Shown: positions 1-13,435, counted from the stretch's first letter. The stretch: DNA of 64,000 nucleotides from Octopus sinensis (GCF_006345805.1 NC_043012.1:58776001-58840000), one strand, 5' to 3'. Notes: generated by a model from the sequence alone, not told the origin. Numbers and translations are program-made.

Positions 1-582
1 GATTTTCCAGGATATGCAGCCTGAAAATTACAATCTAGATTCTAGATTCTGGGACTATATATTACACAAACACCAATATAGAATGGATTACTGGGATTAG
101 AACAGAGAAGGGGTAACGTTCATCTTTCAGTACTTAACAGTTATTATTTGATACTCTCCTCAATTTTCATTTAATAAAACCATCAAAGAACTCTAGATAT
201 AAATACTTTCTGTCTTTTATTTTTTCGAACAAAACTACTAGACTGGACGATATAATACCTTCTATCGGTTTGTAGGGAAATTAATCTCAACACAGCAAAC
301 TATAAAACGCTCATAAATTTTACATTTGTGCCGTGTTTATAATGGCAGACTGTATCCCACTGTGGTACTTAGTTCGGCCATTAGTGAGCTAAGTATCTTG
401 GCTATCGACGCAGATGGGTAAATTGATAGATTTGTCTCTTGCAGTTGCTGGAAATAAATTCACGGATTAAGAAGATAAGATGTAGATGAATTGAATGAAA
501 TCATTTGGAATGCCAAACTGATCAACTCGAGGATCTCCCCTACAAACGATAGGATAGATAAACATGTAGATAGGTAGATACC

Positions 583-644
<62 letters not shown>

Positions 645-729
645 TGTTATATATACACATACACATGCGCGCGCGCACACACTCGCACCGCACACACATA
701 CACACAAACACACACACATATACATCATA

Positions 730-1320
730 CTAGCAGTATCGCCCGGCGTTGCTCGGGTTTGTAAGGGAAATAACTATATAAGCATTTTTAGAGATCTAAC
801 CATTGAGCCATGCGCCTTCAGATTTGAGTACTGGGATCGATATAATTGTCACCCAGAATTGCCACCCTTGTTCCAAATTTTGAAACCAATATAGTACAAA
901 TAAATGACGCACATTTTAAAAATAACTAGCAGTATCGCCCGGCGTTGCTCGGGTTTGTAAGGGAAATAACTATATAAGCATTTTTAGAGATGTAAAGTAT
1001 ATTAGCCATCTCAATATGGCTAACCACAAAGGTGGGGGGGTGTTACTGTAGCTTTTTACTTTCTGAGATTTAATAATAAATTTTTAGAGAGTTACTTCCC
1101 TTATATATGCCAAAAATGCATTAAAATGAGAAAAATTGATGGTAATTTTTTTTTTTCAATCGTAGACTCATCGTAAACGCGGGCGAATACCCAGAAGGGC
1201 TCGATATGAATCACGACTATAAGATACCCGGTTTTGGTTAAACTGCACCGCAAAATGTGGGAGTAGTTAGGAATCTAAATCGTAGGAGACAGACAGCACA
1301 CAACCTTACTTTTATATATA
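730..1320 (-). mobile_element. Composite non-autonomous Helitron: element body 926-1320, captured flank 796-925, extra 3' terminus 730-795
   Basis: Two copies of the Helitron 3' signature on the minus strand (hairpin CCCGAGCAACGCCGGG then CTAG, at 730 and 926). Body matches 8247-8627 and 37090-37290. The 5' TC end is eroded at ~1320. Confidence 0.85.
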
Positions 1321-1464
1321 TCATATATACTACTCACTCAATTATGAGTCCACTCAACAAATAGCAGAAACAACTGAAAGCTAATGATATTCATAAGATA
1401 GTTGTTTATTCCTCTGTCATATCTTTTATATCTATCTACCTACCTAACTATCTGTCTATCTGTC

Positions 1465-1497
<33 letters not shown>

Positions 1498-1511
1498 ATA
1501 TATATATCATG

Positions 1512-1802
1512 TGATCACGTGACCGACCAGACCATCAGATGTTGTTACACATCGCTGGTCACAATGCGTTCGCATTGTTTTAACCTTCGAATGACGCCAC
1601 CCCGCTGGCTTAGCGAGCAGGCCAACAGAAGAAAGAGTGGTGAAAGAGTTCAGCAGGGATCACCCCCCACCCTGCCGGAGCGTCGTGGAGCTTTTAGGTG
1701 TTTTCGCTCAATAAACACTCACAACGTCCGATCTGGGAATCGAAACGGCGATCCTACGGCCGCGAGTCCGCTGCCCTAACCACTGGGCCATTTCGCCTCC
1801 AC
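1512..1802 (-). mobile_element. tRNA-derived SINE (family D, related to family C)
   Basis: Minus strand starts GGAGGCGAAATGGCCCAGTGGTTAGGGCAGCGGACTCGCGG...TTCGATTCC, with Pol III A and B boxes. Head is similar to copies at 10398 and 20970. Confidence 0.8.
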
Positions 1803-1843
1803 ACACACACACATATATAAAGGAATCCACTTTAGTAGTCATT

Positions 1844-1895
<52 letters not shown>

Positions 1896-1983
1896 ATATA
1901 AATATTAGGGAATAAATCCAAATTTACAAGGAAAAATCAGATTTAAGATTAAATCCAATTTTATAATAAAATATTATATTATA

Positions 1984-2037
<54 letters not shown>

Positions 2038-2088
2038 GTCTTTCTTTGTTTGATTTGCATAATAGTGGTTTTGTCTCTAATTTATTAT

Positions 2089-2130
<42 letters not shown>

Positions 2131-2690
2131 CAATTAGTAAGGAGAATGACTACTAAAGTGGATTCCTATACGCTAGAGATAGACGTCGAATCGCCTTACC
2201 ACAAAGAGTGTGTTCTCCAGAAAAAAAAACAGCAAATGCCAAAGTGTAAAAAATGAGCAAGGCAAATGCAAATTTACAAAATGAAACGATTACCTACGTA
2301 TCATGATTTCATTATTAATACCTTCTTATTTTTTAAAATCGTATGTGTGTTAATATAGAAACTTACCATAATGTCGTTATTTACCCTCCAATGAACCCTG
2401 ATACTGCAAACGTATCATCAAAGGCATTCCAGCCATCAGCAAACCGTCTTTTTAGGGATAATCTTGTACATTACATGCAATGGGCGTGTGATTTTGGTAG
2501 GGGTATAATTTGGCTGTTATTTTTAGCGTGTCAAGTGACCAGATAGAGATTCTTTCATTGGTTCGATTGCTTTATGAGGATTTTTTACACATATATGTAA
2601 TATGTATATATATATATATATCATCGGCAGAAGTTAGAGAGTAAGCCAAAAGCTGAGAGTAGAGCAGAAAAGAATATTTATGATTTTTAA

Positions 2691-2837
2691 GGCGGCGAGC
2701 TGGCAGAAACGTTAGCACGCCGGGCGAAATGCTTAGCAGTATTTCGTCTGTCTTTTCCTTCTGAGTTCAAATTCCGCCGAGATCGATTTTGCCTCTCATC
2801 CCTTCGGGCTCGATTAATTAAGTACCCGTTGCACTCC
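2691..2837 (+). mobile_element. SINE family B, 3'-truncated
   Basis: GGCGGCGAGCTGGCAGAAACGTTAGC...GAGTTCAAATTCC; homologous to 6411-6628, 9991-10207 and 63704-63924. Confidence 0.85.
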
Positions 2838-3087
2838 AACGCATATCCTTCAATACTAAACCGAGAGATCTACCTTTTAGTTCTTTTAGTCATTAGACAG
2901 CAGCTATGATGGAGCACCACCTTGAAGCGTCTGTTAGTCAAATAGATCTACCCCTAGATTTATATTTTTTTTAAACTTAGTACTTTTCCTATCAATATTT
3001 ATTGCCGAACAGCTGCGTCACAAACGCTGACAGAAACGCGCACACACACACACACACACATGCACACACACACACACACAGAGACAG

Positions 3088-3118
<31 letters not shown>

Positions 3119-3119
3119 C

Positions 3120-3348
3120 GACGGGCTTCTTTCAGTTTCCGTCTACCAAATCCACTTACAAGGCTTTAGTCGCTCTGAGACCGTAGTAGAGGACACTTGC
3201 CCAGGATACGGCGCTATGGGACTGAGCGCAGAACCATCTAGTTGGGAAGCAAGCTTCTTTATTTCATATAATTTGCCACAAGGACGTCACACGGATGGAA
3301 GCTTCTTATCACACAGCAAGCTTCTTACCACACAGCCACGCCTGCGCC
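3120..3348 (-). mobile_element. SINE family A, 5' half with a small internal duplication
   Basis: Reverse complement of the head at 4661/12889; AAGCTTCTTA(T/C)CACACAGC occurs twice. Confidence 0.75.
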
Positions 3349-4660
3349 TATACGTACTTATCGAAAAGGTCATTAGTGTGTGATGGCTGGTGATCAAACC
3401 GATCGAAATATATGAATATAAATATTCTAAATACATAAATGAGATTAACAGACTGGAAAATTATGATTTTATTGTAATATTTTATTGTTTTTTGTTTTGC
3501 TTTTGTTTTGATATTCCCAATATTCAAGCGTGGCTTTAATATTTAGTGCACCGCCATAAAACGTCATTGTACAATGCTTGCATTAGTTGCTTGTATAAAC
3601 ATTTATTCTGAGAACAGCTACCCACACTGCTTATCACACACTTCAGTGATATTGGACTAACGTAACTTGAGCTCTCGAAACGTTAATGTCAATTAACAAT
3701 GGAACTATATTTAATAACTAACTAATGTTATGTTCATTTGACAACACTCGCAATATTCTCTTGAGAGAACAATGTGTTACAACCGATATTTACGCTCAAA
3801 GATATGACCTTCATATTACAAGCTGCATATTAATAAATTTCATACACACCATGTTTAGTCTTTCTGTGAAGTTAAGTCTAGCTTATAATTCACATCTAAC
3901 GAGTTTTGACTTAATATTTCTATTGCAACAAGAAAATCTATTTTCATATATATATGTGTAATATCTTAGCTATATTGCTGAAACACCAATCTCATATGTG
4001 TTGTTGTTGTTTTTGTTGTTGTTGTTGTCGTCGTCATTTTTGTAGCTTACGCCATAGGTAAGCGCAGACCGAGCAAATTTATGATCAAAGCAATTTCACT
4101 AATGACCATCACGTTTATTTTTGGATATAATTTCCTCTAAGTTTACATTATTTAGTATGCATCTGTTTGGTTTCGGCTGTAGAAAAGGATGTGACAAAGC
4201 CCTCCACAATGCCGATCACCTCCGAAACAGATAACGTTCTATTGAAAAAGTTGCAAGTTAAAGATTGCAAAAAAAAAAAACTGGTCAGAAAAGGTCTTCA
4301 AAGGATTAAAGATCTAGCGTGCCATCTACCTGGCATGCCATCTACCTGGCGTGCTATCTACCTTATTAGTATGTTGTTAAATGTGGCAAAATTACGACAA
4401 CACATGGGGATGGTGACAATATCTCAGTGCAGTATGTTTATAGAGGTGCTCACAAGAAAACGGAATCCTTCAGAACGATCCTCTACCATGCTCGACATTC
4501 AACGCATTGTTGGAGTTGTTGCTGACGTTGACCCTCAGGTCAAGCTCTGATTAAGCAGGGCTATCATCAAAGTCATTGTCGCTGTTGCCAAAATTGTTAA
4601 AAGAATATTTGTCACTGAGAAAATATTCATTTATGTTTCATTCACGGCATATTAATTTTA

Positions 4661-5267
4661 GGCGCAGGGGTAGCTTTGTGTTAAGAAGCGTGCATCCCAA
4701 CCACATGTTTCCGGGTTCAGTCCCACTGCGTGGCACCTTGGGCAAGTTTCTTCTCCAATAGCCTCCGGCCGATGAAAATCTTCTGGGTGGATTTGGTAGA
4801 CGGTAACTGGAAGAAGCCTTTCCCTCATCTCCTCTCTCTACACTACACCATACGACTTTACCCATCACATCATATATACATACACACGTCCAGACCTCTC
4901 ATACGCACTAATGCTCTCTCATACACACACACAAACTCTTATGTTGGAGCGAGGTCATTTAACCCTATTATCTCCCCTAATTTCGCTCTTGCGTCTCACG
5001 TTTGATCTTTGACTTCTGGCCGAAATCAGATCGCCATGTTGATTCGCTAGCGTCTGCACGCATTTTTTTCTCTCCTTCTTTCTGTGTTTCTTCTCTGTGT
5101 ATCTTTCTGTTGAAGAGCGAAGGCTCGAAACGTTAAATACTTGTTTTATTTATATTTCCTGAGCGCCATACTAATACAATTGTTTGTTTGTATTCCACCT
5201 ACCTTCGTCTTTTGTTTATTTCCGTAAACCTGCCTTCGTCTTTAGTCTATTTTCATAAAGCTTCCCG

Positions 5268-5348
<81 letters not shown>

Positions 5349-5349
5349 T

Positions 5350-5411
<62 letters not shown>

Positions 5412-5640
5412 ATATTTGTGTAAGTGCGTATTCTTGTGTTTTTCCCCCGCTATCGCATGACAACCGATGATTGTGTGTCTATGTCCGCATAACTTAGTGA
5501 TTCGGCAAAAAACATCGATAGAATAAGTACTAGGCTTACAAAGAATAAATCCTGGGGTCCCTTTCTTCGACTAACACCATTTAAGGCGATGCTCCAGCAT
5601 CACCGCAATCAAATGACTGAATCACGTAAAATAATACAAG
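4661..5640 (+). mobile_element. SINE family A split by a nested insertion (5' half 4661-4818, 3' half ~5420-5640)
   Basis: Both halves match the intact copy at 12889-13285. They are separated by ~450 bp of foreign sequence plus (TA)n. Confidence 0.8.
4850..5270 (+). mobile_element. Penelope-like terminal-repeat fragment with a hammerhead-like motif, nested in the SINE microsatellite
   Basis: CTGTTGA-A-GAGC-GAAG-GCTC-GAAACGTT at 5107-5134 resembles the minimal hammerheads of Penelope-like elements. The fragment abuts (TA)n. Confidence 0.5.
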
Positions 5641-6410
5641 AATATAGAGGCTCTTTTTAATTAAATATGTAAAACAATTAGCCATTGTTTTTTATGCGGT
5701 TACCATCTCCAAGGAAGATCCTCCGTAATGAAGGTTGAAAATAAGCTAATTTTCGCGCTTATAAATAAACGTTTTTATACAATTACATAGCTTATCCATC
5801 ACACCTATTTCTGCAAATATGGTGAAATATATATTTCGCCGAGAAGGACATACAAAGCTAAAACAAATGCAGAGCTTTCTCCTTGGTTTGCATAAATTAG
5901 TAAAAAAATATTAGGTATATAACGAATAATAGCTGTTTCTGAAAGCAAGAGAGCTTTAAAATTGATTTTCCGTGTGTGTGAAATAGCTGTAACTTAAATG
6001 CATTTTTATGTGAATAATCTGTGTGTAGTTAGTCCTTCTGTCAACTATATGAAGAAGACATCGTACATGTTTGTAGTTAAACATGATGGAAGACTTTTGA
6101 GAATTGTTGCATATCAAAGAAATAGCCTTGCTGTATTTCTTTCTACATGTCCTGAGTTCAAATCTCTCCGAGGCCAAATTTGCCTTTCATTTATCCGGAA
6201 TCGATGGAGATAAAACGTAAATCTCGAAATGAATACAAAGAATTCGACTAACAACCATAGACCAAACCTGCTGGTCTCCTACCTACATCAGAAACAGTGG
6301 CGTATGGTCGTTGTTGTATTGGATGTGCTTCCACACCTAATGCCACCAAATTTCAAGCAGGGTGCAACGAAAGTTTTCCATAAAGATTTCTCATTAAATT
6401 AATTAGTGCA

Positions 6411-6628
6411 ATATTCTTTTCTGCTCTAGGTACAAGGCCCGAAATGTTGGGAGACGGGGCCAGTCGATTAGATCGCTCCCACTACGCAACTGGAACTTAA
6501 TTTATCGACCCCGAAAGGATGAAAGGCAAAGTTTACCTCGGCGAAATATGAACTCAGAACGTAAAGACGGACAAAATACCGCTAAGAATTTCGCCCGGCA
6601 TGCTAACGTTTCTGCCAGCTCGCCGCCT
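6411..6628 (-). mobile_element. SINE family B, full length
   Basis: Complete head-to-tail match to the other family B copies. Confidence 0.9.
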
Positions 6629-7340
6629 TAAGTAAGTTTAAAATTTATAGTAAGCTTAATATTTTTAACAAATTTACCATTATCGATGGGTGTGCAGCAC
6701 AAACGTACCACACCCGGAATATACACCCCTCAATAATTATATACATAGAAGTATATACATTGAAGGATCTACCTTAGAAGCATATGAAAGAAGGAATTTC
6801 GGCGAGAGAATCATACAGAGGTCTCCTCGTAGTTATTCAAGGAATACAGGATACTATTAATCCGATAACTGACTATGGTAGCGGTTGTTTCTTAGTCACG
6901 TATTCCCTTACTCAATGCAAGCCCAGCCTCGAATTAATTACGAGCATGACAACCTCCATTTCAGTATAGCAGATTGATTAACTACTTAGCCGTATGGTGT
7001 CTCTTCTGTTGCTAGAAGTACATCGCCATTTTCTTTAGTGTAAATGATTAGTGGTCAATCAAACTTTCCAGGAATAAGAACAAAACTAACACATGCTATT
7101 TGTCAATTAGAAGATTCTTCTTTCTTTATTTTGTAGACAATTTATCTAAATGTAGTTAAAAATTTTGCAACTTAACATTGTTTCTGCCATGTTCTTCAAA
7201 TTTCCGGCCTGTATATCATTATCAAATGCAGCAACGGTTTATAATAAACATACACACACAAGCACGCAGAGAGACACACACACGCGCACACACATAGACA
7301 CACGCGCACATATGTGCACACACACACACACCACACACAC

Positions 7341-7410
<70 letters not shown>

Positions 7411-7428
7411 ATATATATATATATATAT

Positions 7429-7478
<50 letters not shown>

Positions 7479-7491
7479 CATATATATATAT

Positions 7492-7531
<40 letters not shown>

Positions 7532-7821
7532 TATATATGTATAGATATATACAAATGTACATGGGTTTGATAGAAGCTATGTGGACGCGAATCAAATTGC
7601 TATTAACAAATAAATGAATGCACACATATATGTACGTGTATACATGTATGTGTGTATATGTGCATAAAATCATCCTGCCTGTTTTAAGCGAGCTGGCAGA
7701 ATGGTTAGCATGTCCAGAAAAATACATAGCGGCCTTTTGTCCGTTCAGTGTTCAAGTCCTCACGAGATCGACTTTGCCTTTTATCCTTTCGGGGGTCAAT
7801 AAAATAAAATACGTACCATTT

Positions 7822-8153
7822 GTACCCTTTCGGTTATGAATGACCATGGGATTGCACCTAGAAAGTTATCCTTCGAGGTACGAGTCCGGGCAGGATTGTT
7901 TATGGGAGGCCGGCAGTCGCCCATGCATACCGGCCTCCTCTCTCCACGCCACTGATGTTATCCAAGGAAAAGGCAAAGGCCGATACAGTTTGGCACCAGT
8001 GATGTCGCAACTCATTTCTACAGCTGAGTTAACTGGAGCAACGTGAAATAAAGTTTTTTGCTCAAGAACACAATACACAGCCCGGTCCGGGAATGGAACT
8101 CACAACCTCACGATCGAGAGCTCGACAATCTAACCATTGAGCCATGCGCCTTC
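7822..8153 (-). mobile_element. tRNA-derived SINE (family E)
   Basis: Minus strand TGAAGGCGCATGGCTCAATGGTTAG (A box)...GTTCCATTCC (B-box-like), followed by a GTGTTCTTGAGCAA core. Confidence 0.8.
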
Positions 8154-8246
8154 AGATTTGAGTACTGGGGTCGATATAATTGCCACCCTTGTTCCAAATT
8201 TTGAAACCAATATAGTACAAATCAATGACGCACATTTTAAAAATAA

Positions 8247-8627
8247 CTAGCAGTATCGCCCTGCGTTGCTCGGGTTTGTAAGGGAAATAACTATATAAGC
8301 ATTTTTAGAGATGTAAAGTATAATAGCCATCTCAATATGGCTAACCACAAAGGGGTGGTGGTGTTACTGTAGCTTTTTACGTTCTGAGATTTAATAATAA
8401 ATTTTTAGAGAGTTACTTCCCTTATATATGCCAAAAATGCATTAAAATGGGGAAAATTGATGGTATTTTTTTTTTTAAATCGTAGACTCATCGTCAGAAG
8501 GGCTCGATATGAATCACGACTATAAGATACCCGGTTTTGGTTAAACTGCACCGCAAGATGTAGGAGTAGTTAGGAATCTAAATCGTAGGAGACAGACAGC
8601 ACACAACTTCACTTTTATATATAAAGA
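8247..8627 (-). mobile_element. Non-autonomous Helitron, complete
   Basis: Minus strand begins 5'-TC (8627) and ends hairpin + CTAG-3' (8247), inserted between A and T with no TSD: canonical Helitron structure. Confidence 0.9.
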
Positions 8628-9525
8628 TGACCCGAAATGTTCATCCTTATTCCTATAAGTGAATTTCTCGTACCATAAACTAATTTTGTTCCTGATGTTC
8701 ACTACTATAGGTTAATTTTAATCTAGACAATATCTCGTCCTTACCCTCCATCAATACGGATTGCTTTCCGTATACAGGAACGTTTTCTGCTTAAGGTATT
8801 CTTGCGATGTTTCGTAAAGTACTTTTAATGTACTGTTTTAACTACTGTTTTAACTAGTTGGTTGTTTGTTGACGTCATTAATCCTCGAAAACGTCCTGCT
8901 TCTAAAATAGTTTGCCTTACATCTAAACAGAGCGATTCGGGTTCGATTACCAAGCTGACAGTTTATGTTTGGAACGTTGCCAAATATTATTGCAACATAC
9001 TGCTAGAGAGCTTTAAATGTTACATGGTTTAATGCACTAAAAAATTAAAAATATTCCTTCCTGAATATGTGCTGTTGCGATTGGAGTGCGTCTTTTATGC
9101 TATCAAATGCGTTTATTTGTTATTTTCTTGATTATATGCTACATCAGTGAATTGAAATTTAATCTTAAAATTATTTACATCAAGACAAATTTCATTTTTG
9201 CATAACAGGAATGATTAACTATCTAACAGTATGATAACATATATATTGCTAACAAAAAAACAGAAGAAAAAAAAAACGTCTTTATATTTTAACAGAAGAA
9301 AATTGATAGAGTTCTCCTTAGTCAAGGAAATCAGATGCGCGCATGCCATTTGTCAATTATTTTTCATGAGATATCTTATTCGGAAGTTGTTGGTTAAATT
9401 GTGTGACTCATCATTTGTCTTGTGATGTTTTTCAAATATTTCGTTGCTATATATATCTCCATTAAAACCAACATATTCAATGAAAAGTTTATGTGGCTAT
9501 ATGTTTAGACATCATAAATAAGTAT

Positions 9526-9588
<63 letters not shown>

Positions 9589-9990
9589 TATATATGTATG
9601 TATGTATATATAATGATTTGTTATGTTTGTATGTTTGTATTTTTATAATGCATAAAGAAATTTATGTATCTGAATAAACAGATACAGAAGAAAATTCTGT
9701 GTCTGTAGCTATTTATTTATTTATATTTATATATATATAACATACGCACACAAGCGCATATAATTATATATATTTGTGTGTCTGTGTGGTGTGTTTCTGT
9801 GTGTATGTTTGTGTATATATGTACACAGACATAGTAAAATGAATATCTAAACACATACTGATATATATATGTATGTATATAAAAAAAAATATATACATAC
9901 AAATATATATATGTGTGTGTGCGCGGCGTGTAAACGAGTGGGTGGCCACACGAAACAAAATGTCACTCAACATACTTTGTAGGAGTTAGA

Positions 9991-10207
9991 AATATTCTTT
10001 TCTACTCTAGGCACAAGGCCCGAAGTTTTTGGGGAGGGGGCCAGTCGATTAAATCCACCTCCAGTACGCAACTTTTACTTAATTTATCGATTCCCTGAAG
10101 ATGAAGGAAAGTCGTCCTGAGCGGAATTTGAACTCAGGACGTTAAAACAGATGAAATACTGCTAAGCATTTCGCCCAGCGTACTAACATTTATGGCAGCT
10201 TGCTGCC
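9991..10207 (-). mobile_element. SINE family B
   Basis: Homologous to 6411-6628. Confidence 0.85.
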
Positions 10208-10397
10208 TTTGGAGTTACAAGTATTATTTAATAACCGAACTGCCGACTTCGAATTGTTTGAGGAGTCAACGGAACTTGAAACTCTATGAAGCCGAAAGAA
10301 ACTGTTATTAAATAATAATGAATATATGAATATACACATATATATGCGTTTGTATGCACGTATGTGTAGATTTGTATGTGTGTATATGCATATAAGT

Positions 10398-10664
10398 GGA
10401 GGCACATGGCTTAGTGGTTAGAGCAGCGGACTCGCGGTTGAGGGATCGCGGGTTCGAATCTCAGACCGGGCGATGTGTGTGTTTATGAGCGAAACACCTA
10501 AGCTCCACGCTGACTCTTTCGCCACAAATTTCTCTCACTTTTTCCTCCTGCATCTTGCAGCTCACCTCCGCCGGACCGGCGTCCCGTCCAGGTGGGGAAC
10601 CTATACGCCAAGGAAACCGGGAAATCGACCCTATGACCCAGGCATGGCTTGAGAAGGAACAAAC
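10398..10664 (+). mobile_element. tRNA-derived SINE (family C) with internal deletion
   Basis: GGAGGCACATGGCTTAGTGGTTAGAGCAGCGGACTCGCGG...GGTTCGAATC; matches the reverse complement of 20707-20970 but lacks ~30 bp near 10508. Confidence 0.9.
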
Positions 10665-11394
10665 ATATGCATATCGAGTAATCCTGTCTGCTTTAAGCCT
10701 ATTTCTTAATGAGTCGCCACTCAGAGTTTCTCATTCGTGATCATTGTGTTATTGAGGAAAGCTAACAAAAAACAGAAAATAAAGATTTAGTTTGAACTAA
10801 ATATTATTCTACTGTTGCTAATTATGTCTATATTTTGAAACTCATGAAAGTAACAGTCATTCTATGTGATAAATGTATAGATACAGGTACGACATGAAGA
10901 AGACAAGAGACGTTCATTTACACAACTTGAGATAAACGTTCAAACGTAGACAAACATAGACAAACGTTCAAACGTTTCTAAACATAAAATGTTACGTTCA
11001 GGGAATCGTATACAGAGAGAAGTTAAAGATTGAAAAGTAAATTGACATTTCAGTTGAACTCTTAATGAAAGTATAGGAAGGAAATGAGAATAGAAGGAAG
11101 GCTGATAGGAGAAAAGAAACAAGAAGAGAAACGAGATCTGATTAAAGCTTGTGTAGCTTTTAACTGCGTGGGGTTCAAGGTACATATAGATGGATACACT
11201 TACACACACAAACAAACACATAAACACACACACCCTCACACACACTGATACATGCACGCAGGTACCCGTCGAAAAATGTAGTAGGGGTATTAAAGCCATG
11301 ATGTGGATTAACCAAACATTTCGAGAAGGCGATCAAATATGTTTTCAAGTAAAATATTCCCCAAACATATTTTAATTGATCGAAAAATATCTTT

Positions 11395-11590
11395 TCTCTT
11401 TTATTTGTTTGAGTCATTGGGCTGTGGCCATGCTGGGGCATCGTCAGGAAAGTTTTGGTCGAATACATGGACAACATTGCATATCTTCGAAGCCTGTCGC
11501 TTATTCTTTCACGCCATTCGAAACGCTATATCTCAGGGACGTAAACCAGCCGACAACGGTTTCTAAGTGGTGGTAGGAAACAGACACATA
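11395..11590 (-). mobile_element. SINE family A, diverged 3' half
   Basis: Similar to the reverse complement of 13110-13285. Confidence 0.6.
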
Positions 11591-11760
11591 CACAAGAACG
11601 TAGAAACATATAGGTAAACACAAACTCACGCGTACGTTCTCAACACCCACACACACGTAAACACACACGACACAATAGTAGAAACACTTGATGAAATGAC
11701 CACACGGTGGGACTGAACTCAGAACTATACTTTTGAGGACTATTATTCTTAACACGCCTG

Positions 11761-12005
11761 TATACAAGAGGTGGTGTCAAAAAGACCCAAGACTGGTAAT
11801 GGTTAATAAAAAATAACTTATTTAGCATCTTCACCTTCGAAATTGTCCTCTTGCACAGCAGTTCCCCGATCCTAGCGTTCATGCAACTTTTGGAATCCGG
11901 CCTAGAAATCGTTTCCCTTAAGCAAATCAGAGACCTTTTGCGATTCGCTTTCGATCTGTTTCGACAACGATGATAAAATGGTGACCTTTGAGCTGCATAT
12001 TCATT
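11761..12005 (-). mobile_element. Mariner-type transposon, right end (transposase C-terminus + TIR)
   Basis: Minus strand encodes degenerate QLKGHHF...FQKLHER*DRG...NFEGE. The TIR-like GAGGTGGTGTCAAAAAG follows TA at ~11761. Confidence 0.65.
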
Positions 12006-12067
12006 TTACCTGTGAATGTGTTAAATTATAAGGCACCAAAAGAGAATGACTATCCCCAGACATAACA

Positions 12068-12108
<41 letters not shown>

Positions 12109-12146
12109 TACACTTCTTTATCTAAATATTTATATATATATATGTA

Positions 12147-12201
<55 letters not shown>

Positions 12202-12888
12202 GTATATACATGTGTGTGAGCATATATACATACAAACATATATACCCACACACCTACATGCATACAAATATGTACCTTTACTTTTACACATACAAACATG
12301 CATATGCACTTAGTTACAAGCACATTCTATATTAATCTATTGATTTTAATCATCGATTAGTAAATATTCGATTTTTAGTCAGTCATTTAGTCGATGGTAT
12401 CGATTCTTTTATAACTTCAATTTGAAATATATTTTACCTTTCCTAATTATGGCACCTCTGTGTCACGGGACACAAATTCAGTCACAAGACTAAACGTTCT
12501 TGGCCCCTAAATGAATAAGATTATGTTTGAAATAACAAGCATTTCATGTAAATAGGAAATGGAAGCAAATCACTAGAGCATTCTAGCGAAATAGTTTTTA
12601 AGAAGAATTTTAGAGAGAAACTGTAACAATCACAAATATGTAAGAATGAAATCAACGAATGAACGTTTAAATACATGGAAAATTATGGTACCCGTACATT
12701 TATATAGAAGCCTGAGTGTGACTCTGTATTTATGTTTGTATGTGTAAAGAATAAACTTACATAGCATCTTGAAAAACAGGCAAGAAAATATCTGGTAGAA
12801 TCAAAGTGTGAAAGACAGTTTCTGGTCTTACTGACTTCCAGGCTTTTTGTCGTTCTTTGCCTTTCTCTCGCTTTCTCTGACTATAAAT

Positions 12889-13285
12889 AGTGGAATGGCT
12901 GTGTGGTAAGTAAGTAGCTTGCTTGCCAACCACATGGTTCCGGGCTCAGTCCCACTGCGTGGCACCTTGAGTAAGTGTCTTCTACTATAGCCTCGGGCCG
13001 ACCAAAACCTTGTTAGTGGATTTGGTAGACGGAAACTGACAGAAGCCTGTCGTATATATGTATGTGTATATATATATGTATGTGTGTGTATATGTTTGTA
13101 TGTCTGTGTTTGTCCCCCACACATCGTTTGACAACCGATGCTTGTATGTTTATGTCCCCATAACTTAGCAGTTCGGCAAAAGAACCCAGTATAATAAGTA
13201 CTAGGTTTACAATAAGTCCTGAGGTCGATTTGGTCGACTAAAATGGCTGCGGTCAAATGACTGAAACAAGTAAAAGAGTAAAGAG
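12889..13285 (+). mobile_element. SINE family A, full length, internal (TA/TG)n microsatellite
   Basis: TGGCTGTGTGGTAAG A box, GGCTCAGTCC B-box-like, internal microsatellite, AAAGAGT-repeat tail; multiple paralogues in the window. Confidence 0.9.
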
Positions 13286-13435
13286 TATCTACAAAGAAAT
13301 TCATTTATATAACTAAAACCATATCACACACATGTATATACAAATATATATGTATATGCATGTATAACTTTATATAATATATATATGTTGCTATGTTTAT
13401 ATATATATATATATATTCATACACAAACACACGCA

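Noticed and set aside
1-100. Open frame IFQDMQPENYNLDSRFWDYILHKHQYRMDYWD* with downstream AATAAA (~173)
   Set aside because: Could be a terminal exon cut by the window edge, but no acceptor is visible and I recognise no family; AATAAA is common in AT-rich DNA.
325-445. LYPTVVLSSAISELSILAIDADG, reminiscent of a cadherin A.D.D.G motif
   Set aside because: Short, closed by a stop, and lacks other cadherin motifs; the implied intron would be ~26 nt.
3640-3700. GAGCTCTCGAAACGTTAA resembling the hammerhead 3' half
   Set aside because: No CUGANGA-like box or stem I upstream.
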